NCBI RefSeq assembly: GCF_009914755.1
Contig: NC_060932.1
DNA: 64,000 nucleotides
Reading direction: 5' to 3' (one strand)
Source of the DNA: the human T2T-CHM13v2.0 reference genome, Homo sapiens
Notes under the pieces: generated by a model
Database searches by the model: none
Seen by the model: the letters and a program-made list of their open reading frames with translations, nothing else
Told to the model about the DNA's origin: nothing
Translations under genes and position numbers: made by a program
In this document: positions 55,131 through 64,000 of the stretch, piece by piece
Layout: each line of letters starts with the position of its first letter
Numbering within the stretch: position 1 is the stretch's first letter

Positions 55131-56347
55131 TAATACAGAAAGACTGGCATCCCTGGTTCTTTCTTCTAATTACTTTATATTAAGTGGCAACCAAGAAATC
55201 ACTTTTTTTTTCCTTTCTAAAGGAACACTAGGGAGTAGTAGTGTTCTCACCAGAAATCATTCCTGGATTACTAGAAATGCTCTTAGTATCTTTGACAGGC
55301 TTGAATAACAAGTCACTAGAGAAACAAAAACAACCCTCTCTTCCTCTACATGTGACCCACCTAATTAGTTCTCATTTTCTGCCTCAGAACCATGCCCATT
55401 TCAGGACAACTGTCAATGTGGATGATCCTTCCTTCAAGGAAAATTCCAGACCCTCATGCTGTGGTGTGCACTAATCCTCTCCAGAATGACTATGCTTTTG
55501 CTTTACATTCATGCCACTAAAGATATCTGTCACAAGATTGATCCAAAATAAAGACAATCCATGTTGGAATTCAAATTTCAGTCTCAGATATTAAAACTTG
55601 CATATGGCTTTTACATGAAAGTATTTCTTTCTGTTTCAACCATTTAATATCTATAAGGGTCAGTTTAGAATAAAAAATAGTTGTCTTGAGTTTCATCAAT
55701 CCAACTCATTCTCATTTACAGTCATATATAATACATTCGTCAATACCTTATTTACAAATTTACGTATTTATTCATAATTATACTACCTTATTATTTACAA
55801 GATTAAGAAGAATGCCTTCCCTGAATAGAATGTAGCATTATATTCATGTATCATTTTTCTCTGAACATCATTGTTAAGGTAATATTTGTGAAAGTTTTAA
55901 AGCAGTTAAGAAATATAAGGCAGATGAATTATTGCCTTTTACTTGATTTGCCAAATTGCCCTGGCCAAATTTTCTTGCTTAAACACCGTATTTCTTTAGG
56001 TTGCTGCCAGTTCTTTATAGTGTATTCTTAAGATGATGGCCAACTAAAGTTTTAACTGTAACTTAGAGTTTTAACTCTAAAAAGTTCTGGACTTGTTTAC
56101 ACATGGCAATAAAATTTTACCATGCTGTGAATTTCAATGCAGTGATCAATTCTAATATTTATTCTCAGGTTTGCAATGCCCTTATTTATATTTAACTTTC
56201 CTAATTGTTGTTATAAATCCAGTTCCAATTTCCCCATAATATTTGGATTAGAAAACATAGGATGCAGAATTATCAACTTCCTACATTATATCATATTAAT
56301 ATACAAGCCAAAATAAAACTCCCAGTGAGTACTTCAAAAAATAATGT

Positions 56348-56667
56348 AGCTGAGCATAGTGGCTCACACCTGTAATACCAACACTTTGGGAGGCCGACGC
56401 TGGAGGATCACATGAGGCCAGGAGTTCAAGATCAGCCTGAGCAACATATTATAGCAAGACTATATCTCTAAACAAAATTAAAAAAAATTAGTTGGGCATA
56501 GTGGCATGCTCCTGTAGTCCCTGCTATTCATACTCAGGTAGGTGGATCGCTTCAGCCCAGGACGCCAAGGCTGCAGTGAGCCATGATTGCACCACTGCAC
56601 TCCAGTGTGGGCAACAGAGAGAGACCTTGTCTCAAAAAGTGAATGAATGAATAAATAAAAAAATAAA
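56348..56667 (+). mobile_element. AluJ
   Basis: gaggccaggagttcaagatcagcctgagcaacata, aaggctgcagtgagccatgattgcacc (J diagnostics). Confidence 0.9.
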
Positions 56668-56807
56668 CAAAAGGAAATGTGATCAAATAAGTTCTTATAC
56701 TAAACCATGCTATATTAGTTATCTTTCCATACCCGATCCTAGGGTTTTTTAAAAAAAAGCTGCTTAAGGGGCTTTATTTGCCTTACTACTATCATGTAGA
56801 ATTTTAA

Positions 56808-57117
56808 TAATTTTTTCCAGCATTTAATGTTGAAGCATAGTTGGCATATATTAAATTACACATTTTTAAATGTTCAATTTGATGAATTTTGATATATGCA
56901 TACATCCATAAAATAATCACAATTTAAAAAGTGAATATGTATATCACCTCCAAAAATTTTCTGCTGTCTCTTTGAAATTTTTTCTCCACCACACACCACT
57001 ACCTAATCCCAACCAGGCACCAGTCTGCTTTCTGTCACTATAAACTGGTTTGTTTTTCCAGGGTTTAAATAAATGGAGTATAAATAAGCATTTTCATCTG
57101 GCATCTTTCATTTAGTA
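56808..57117 (-). mobile_element. L1MC/MD/ME 3' end
   Basis: ttaaatgttcaatttgatgaattttgatatatgcatac...tatcacctccaaaaatttt...tctgctttctgtcacta. Confidence 0.75.
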
Positions 57118-57754
57118 GCTGCAAGAAATTCAGCCAAATGTAAGATCAACAGAGGCTTAAAAACGCCACTGTAAAGTGGCCCATTACAGCCATCAAAGAA
57201 GCCTAGAAGAATGTAGTGTATGGATCATCACATTTTAAGAAAATAAAACAAAATTGCAATAGAGTGTTTAAATTAAAAACTTTTCTGTTGTACAAGCTAA
57301 ATAAATTGAAGCAATTATTGAGAAAATTTAGAAAAGCATTTCTCATGTCTTAACTGCTATCTTTATACACTCAATATGCTCAGATGAGATGGGCAGGTAT
57401 CTGTAGTACAGTGCATGGAGATTTGGGAAGTTAAAGGCAAAATAAAACAAAACAAGCACATGTAACTACCATATGCAATCAAACCACCTCATTCTTTTGG
57501 GATCCAAAACCTAGGATGGAGCACTGCGTGTCGGGACTATTCTGTGAACCTTCGATAGTCATTTGGTTTCAAATAACACATATATTTAAATGAACATTAT
57601 TTTATTTTAACTTATGTGTATAGAGACTATTACAAATATTAACTTTATAGAAGGGGAAACTTTAATTTTGATAGAGTTGAGAACCACTGCACTACTCAGG
57701 CAACATCTTTATCTGCCAACATGGTGGTCAATTTCTATGAGCATTGAGTAAATC

Positions 57755-57860
57755 CATGTATAAGCATAAAGAAAGTGACTGTATCATCTCTTGTGTAAGT
57801 TTGTAGCATCCAAAACAGTTCCTGACACATAGCAGATCTTCAATATATATTTGTTAATTT
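57755..57860 (+). mobile_element. L2 3' end
   Basis: aacagttcctgacacatagcagatcttcaatatatatttgtt. Confidence 0.55.
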
Positions 57861-58229
57861 GGATTAATTTAATTAATCACCTGCTGCCTATTGATTCATC
57901 ACGGTAAATGAAAACATTATGCAAATTAATTTTGGGCTGCTTTTTGAAGACAGAATCAATAATTAGAGCACTAGTACCAAGCAAATGCTTAAATTGAAGA
58001 CTCCTGGCTCCTATAATTATGGGTCAAAAAGGAACATCCAGGAAAAGACCTTTAATTGGCCTTAATGTGTCATTTTCGTTCTCCCAAACTAATCAGTACA
58101 TCCTGAAAATTGAGCACTAAAATTCCATTTAACTTTAAGACTGAGAAGCAGTATAATTGGAAGTCTTATCAAAAACTTATGACTGGAACAAGGGTAGAGT
58201 ACTAATTCAAAAGAAGGTCGGAATGGGTT

Positions 58230-58540
58230 GTTTGATGGATAAACTATTGTTTGAAAAGCCAGCTCCTCTCAGTCTTGACTAAGTTATGGAGCTGGATGTA
58301 TGTGAAGCAGCAGCTAGTAGTATCAGGCTGTTCTCTACCTACAGAAAGCCTGGTCTACAAAGAAGGAAATGATGCTTGACAACATAAAACAGAACTAAGA
58401 TATGGAGAGGGATTTGAGTCCTTCAATCCAATTGTACCTGAGATTTGTTTTACCCTACAATTTCCATTTATAGAGACAATATATTTGGATTTTGTTTAAT
58501 TTATTACATTAGGTGCTGTTACTTGAAGCTAAAAACATCA
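58230..58540 (+). mobile_element. Old MLT1 (K-like) LTR fragment
   Basis: agaaagcctg...cagaactaagatatggagag...tttgagtccttcaatccaattgtacctga...tgttacttgaagctaaaa. Confidence 0.55.
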
Positions 58541-59390
58541 CATTTAATATCAATTAGTAACACTCAGTATATCAAGAACAACTGTATTATATTAGAAAAT
58601 CAGTACACTACAAAATCAGCCCATGAAACTGAAAAACCTTTATCTTTAGTAACTAATTTTAATTACTTACTTTGTGTTTAGCCAAACATAGAAAAAGACC
58701 ATTCATATTGTGGGACATGAGTGTATTTTAATTCACTTTGAACTATTTATGGATCTCTTAAATGAGAGTGGCTTGTTAATTTTCTTATGAGGTACATGAA
58801 AAACTAGTCCCAATAAGACATTAGAATAAGATTTATAAAGACTAAAACACTTAAACTCTACTTGAGTTATGGAGATAAAGTATATTGAATGCCTTATATT
58901 TTATATTTTATTTATGTTATATAGTTATTTATATTTTATTTTCGTATTTTACATTTATATTGCTAGGCTGGTAGTCTGTGTCTGATTCTTAGTGGGGATT
59001 GTTCTCTTAATGATTGTCTGTCACAACTTTACATGTATTTTTCCAAATAACAGCATGTGAGGTAATTGTTCAAGCACTAAGGTCGGATATATGATAACCT
59101 CTGCAGAGGAGTCTAAAATCTGTTGCTTCCCACAGATTTCTCAAGGTCTTTAAATTAAATGGATCACAAAAGCAAAAGCCAAACGTTATACAGGAAATTT
59201 TGTAAATTTTCCCTATGTTAATTTTTCCTCAAGCCAATCGCTCTTAATTTTAAATACAAATAAGACATTTGAAAATATTTTGAAGATAAGCGTATCTCTT
59301 TTCCTCCATTATATTATCCCATACAGAAACATTTAAACAACAATGAAATCCCATGTTTGTTTTTTTGCTTTTAAAATATAAGCTACATGG

Positions 59391-59698
59391 GACCGGGCGT
59401 GGTGGCTCATGTCTGTAATCCCAGTACTTTGGGAGGCAGAGGTGGTTGGATCACTTGAGGTCAGAAGTTCGAGACTAGCCTGGCCAACATGGTGAAAGCC
59501 CTTCTCTACTAAAAATACAAAAATAAGCTGGGCGTTGTGGCATGCACCTGTAATTCCAGCTACTCCAGCTACTCTGGAGGCTGAGGTGGGAAGATCACTT
59601 GAGGTGGGAGGATCGCTTGAATCTGGGAGTGGAGTTTACAGTTAGCCACGATTGTGCTGCTGCATTCCAGCCTGGAAGACAGAGCGAGACTCTGACCC

Positions 59699-59741
<43 letters not shown>

Positions 59742-59742
59742 A
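59391..59742 (+). mobile_element. AluJb/Sz-like with two internal tandem duplications and a (TAAA)n tail
   Basis: gatcacttgaggtcag; duplicated tccagctac and tgaggtggga(a/g)gatc(a/g)ct; tail 59699-59742. Confidence 0.9.
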
Positions 59743-61514
59743 CTATGTGGTTGATGATAAAACTAAGTAGTTTTAATTACGAGACCAGAAAAGCAAATTT
59801 TACCTTTTGTGTAGTCAGGCTAACAATGATTTTCTTTAAATTATCTAAATTAATTGAACTTACCACACAGATCAATCATCTAAATGACTGATTAAATTTT
59901 TATTGTTTTGACAAATAAGGCTAGGTGTTTTTGAGACATAGAGAAGCTAACAGTGTACTAGAAAAGTGATCATTTGAGAAGCAGATAGAAATTGCTCAAA
60001 GCAAAAATCACATAATTAATTAATCAATTAGTATTTCTGGCACTATTCTGTAAGCCTATTTGGAAACAAAGATGTTTAAATCGGTGAAAGACTGCCCTCT
60101 TTTCTCTATGTCCCCCAAAATTTTAACTCATTTGAGTGAATTTCTCATTGTCTTAAAAATCACAATGGCTAATTGTGGAGATTGAAATGGTAACTAAATA
60201 TCTTTTCTTTGCCTGATTAAACCCACAATATAAACAATGAACATATTTTCACTGAATATGTATTATTCATACTAAAGCCTGAAGGTTAAAAATTGATATT
60301 CTAATTGTTATGCTTTCTGGGTTGAGTAATTTGGGTATTTCCATGAGTGCTGATCTCATAGTTCCATTGGTCTTTACATAGAATTTTATATAGTCCAGAA
60401 TATGCTTAACATGTTTTATTCCACATGGTCAGTATCAAAGTGGAAGTGTTTGATTATAGGGACAATATAATAATGAATTTCTTACTTTAATACAAGTTAA
60501 CTTCATTTATAAATACTATGCTCAGTATTACAAAAAGAAATTTTGTGTTTGGGGAAAAATCTTTTGTTTGAAAGACATCTATTTGCTAGTTTTATTTAAT
60601 TCTATAATTACAAACTTAGAAATATTCAAGTCGTAATTACCAAACATGCTCATTCTGTGAGAGAAACATTATTTTATTTACTTTTAATTTTGTTATGAAG
60701 AGGAAGGGGAGAGTCTTGGTGCACTATCTTCCTTTTATAGTTTCCATGGAAAGAAAAGGAGCACAGTAGTAGAATGATCTTGAAAGTGATTATTTAGTAA
60801 GATTTGAAATTGCCTGAGAGAAGCTTGAATGTAAAAATTGGCATTATCCTTTGAACCATTTTTATATTGATATTAATACCAAGAAAATTCACATCTGACA
60901 ACTTTAATTGGTAAAGCATCTCTGTGTTTGATATTTCTAGAGGGAAAGTAATAGATGATCCCTTGTGTATTTTATGCCTAGTCTATATTTGAATGGCTTT
61001 GAATATGTGGATTTGGGTCTGGAAATGGATATAAATGATGTATTCTGTCTTATTTTTTACAACTTCTAATTTTCTTTTTTCAATAATGAGGAATCTAAGT
61101 CGTCACATTTCATCTTGCCTTTTTTGGTAAAGAAAATTCTATTTGTAGGATAGGAAAAAAAAATGTTTTTCAGGCCTTCAACTTTTCAGCTCAATTATCC
61201 AGCTGATAAGATCTGTGATGTTTACCACTCATCCCAGGTGTCCTGGGATATGAACATTTTTTCTCTTCTTATAAATGAGAATGTGGCTTATCTTATAGGA
61301 AACATCTTGACAGTTAATAAAAACTACATGATAATTTAAAATTCAAAATAGACCTTTATTTATGTCATAAAACAGAATTCATCATGTTACCATACTTTTG
61401 GCTGAGCTGAACACAATTCAGAAGCAGTGAATATTTGTATCCCATTCTGTGACCAGTACTGTGATGCCCAAGTCTCTCCACTAAATGGAGTTTTAAAAAT
61501 CTCTATTAAAATCA

Positions 61515-64000
61515 AATTTATTTCTGGCTCTGTATTCTGTTCCATTGGTCTATTTGTCTGTTTTTATGCAAGTACTGTACTGTTTTGATTATTATAGCTT
61601 TGTAATGTCTTCTGAAATCAGGAAATGTGATGCTTCCAGCTTTGGTTTTCCTTCTCAACACTACCTTGTCTATTTAGCGTCCTTTGTGATTCCTTGCAAA
61701 TTTTAGAATTTATTTTTGTATTTCTGTGAAAAATGCTATTGGAATTTTGATAGGGATTGCACTAAATCTGTACTTTGGGTAGAATGAACATTTTAACATC
61801 AATTCTTCCAATCCATGAACACAGGATTTTTTTTCCATTTATTTGTGCCATTTTCAATTTCTTCAATCAACATTTTATAGTTTTCAGTATAGAAATTTCT
61901 CACTTCTTAGTGAAATTTATTTCTATATGTTTTATTCTTTTTAATGCTGTTGGAAATAGGCTATTTTTTTATTCCTTTTTCAGTAAGGAAATAAGGGAAC
62001 ATGAGTGGAGCTGGAGGCTATTATTCTTAACAAACTAACACAACAACAGAAAAACAAATACCATATGTTCTCACTTACAAGTGGATGCTAAATGATGAGA
62101 ACTCCTGAACACAAAGAAGGGAGTAACAGACACTGGGCTCTACTTAAGGGTGGAGGGTGGGAGAAGGGAGAGTAGCAAGAAAGATAACTACTGGATACTG
62201 AGCTTAATACCTAGGTTATGAAATAATCTGTACAGCAAACCCCTGTGACACGAGTTTACTTATGTAACAAACTTTAACATGTACCCCTGAACCTATAATA
62301 AAAAAGAAAATAAATGCAACTCATTTTGTACATTGATTTTGTATCCTACTGGTTTCAGTTCAATTTATTAATTCTAGTAGGTTTTTTTTTTTGAGACTTC
62401 ATGGTTTTCTAAATGTAGGATCAAGTAATCTGCAAACAAGGATAATTTTACTTTTTCTTTTCCAGTTTGGATGTCTTTGGTTTTTCTTGTCTGATTGTTC
62501 TTGCTACTACTTTCAGTACTATATTGAATAGAGTGTTGAGAGTAGCATCTTTGCATTATACCAGATATTAGATAAATAGCTTTCATTTTCCCCCTTTTAT
62601 TATGATTTTCACCAATGACTTTTATTATGTAGAGGAAATTTTTTCCATACCTGTTTTGTTGACAGTTCTTAACATAAAAAAGTGAACTTTGTCAAATGCC
62701 CTTTCTCATTCTATTGAGATGATCATTTAATTTTTTTATTCTATTAATGCCATTGGAATTTTGATAGGATTGCACTGAATAATTGATTCCTTGATAGATT
62801 TGAAAATGTAAAGCAACCTTGCATCTCAGGGATTAACCCCACTTGTCCATGGTGTATAATATTGTGATGTGTTTTTGAATTCAGTTTGAATATATGGTCA
62901 ACTAATTTTTGACTAAGAAATCACAAAGGAGAAAAAATAGTTTCTTCAATAAATGATGCTGGTAAAATTGTATATATGCTTGCAAAAGAATGAAGCTGGT
63001 ACAATGTTACACTATACACAAAAATCAACTCAAAATAGATTAGGGACCTAGATGTAAGACATGAAGCCATAAAGCTCCTCAAAGAAAACATAGAAAAAAT
63101 ATTCTTCCTATTGGCAATGGCATTGTTTTTTGATATTTTTCCAAAAGCTCAGGCAACAAAAACAGGAATAAACAAGTGGGTTCACATAAAAAATATCTGC
63201 ATGACAAAAGCAACAACACAATGAAAAGGCAGTAAAACCTAAATGAGATACCACCTCACACCTATGAGGATGGTTGTTATCAAAAAGACAAGAGATGAGA
63301 AATGATGGTAAGGATGTGGATAAATGGAAACCCTTGTGCACTATTGTTGCAAGTGTAAATTGGTACAGCCCTTATGAAAAACAGCATGAAAGTTCTTGAA
63401 AAATCAAATATAGAACTACCATGTGATCTAGTAATCTCTCTTCTCACTATATATCCAAAGGAAATGAAATCATCTCATAGAGACAGCTCCACTTCCTTTC
63501 ACTGAAGCATTATTAACAATAGCCAAGATGTGAAAACAAACTGTCAATAGAAGAATAAATGAATAAATTTTGATATATATACCTATAAACATATATACAT
63601 ATTTTTCTATAGATATACATAGATATTTCTCTGTATATAGTTATTTCTCTATAAATATATTTCTATATGTATACGTATGTATCTATATATAAAATGGAAT
63701 ATTATTGAGCCTTTAAAAAGAAAATACTCCCATCAGTTAAGACAACATGAATTAATGTAAAAGACAGTATGTTAAATAAAACAAGCCAGCTACAAATAGA
63801 AAAATACCCCATAATCTTACTAGGTGGAATCTTAAAGTCAAATATGTATAAACAGAGAGTGTAGAATGGTGGCTACCAGTTATGCATAAGGGGAGAAAAT
63901 GGGGCTATGTAGGTTGAAGGGAACAAACCTGTAATTACGTAGGACAAATAAGTCTAGAGATCAATTGTGATGACTAGTTAATTATGTACCGTGTACTTGA
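61515..64000 (+). mobile_element. L1MA8-10-like with a 5' inversion: inverted part ~61515-62890 (minus), sense part 62891-64000
   Basis: In sense orientation the inverted part ends ccaatggaacagaatacagagccagaaataaa; the sense part starts tatatggtcaactaatttttgac; these are adjacent in the consensus. L1MA 3' UTR at the window end. Confidence 0.8.
61995..62303 (+). mobile_element. L1PA13-16-like short 3' end nested in the inverted L1MA
   Basis: ggagctggaggctattattc...aaatgatgagaac...gtgacacgagtttac...catgtacccctgaacc; TSD-like aag(g/a)aaataa. Confidence 0.85.

Noticed and set aside
57910-57932. cattatgcaaattaat as a SOX-OCT composite
   Set aside because: The octamer is present but the SOX half (CATTGT) is not; isolated octamers are frequent in AT-rich DNA

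Overview
AT-rich primate (human-like) genomic DNA from a gene desert or the deep intron of a large gene. Roughly half of the window is recognisable interspersed repeats: Alu J/S/Y; L1 from old L1M/HAL1 to L1PA4/5; L2, L3 and MIR; MaLR (THE1/MLT1) and ERVL (MLT2, ERVL-int) LTR elements; and hAT-Charlie DNA transposons. No host protein-coding exon, RNA gene, CpG island or CRISPR array can be supported. All long ORFs in the track are L1 ORF2 remnants, Alu read-throughs or low-complexity artefacts. Subfamily names come from remembered consensus diagnostics, and boundaries of old repeats are approximate. I see no new multi-gene system. The most interesting signals are: (1) two L1PA copies 12.1 kb apart that share non-consensus substitutions (possible gene conversion); (2) an AluY inside L1 ORF2 with no target-site duplication (TSD); (3) a repeat-free element near 11.0-11.5 kb with three inverted repeats built from POU/E-box motifs; (4) three well-formed non-coding exon candidates on the + strand; (5) two twin-primed L1s and several template-switch scars.
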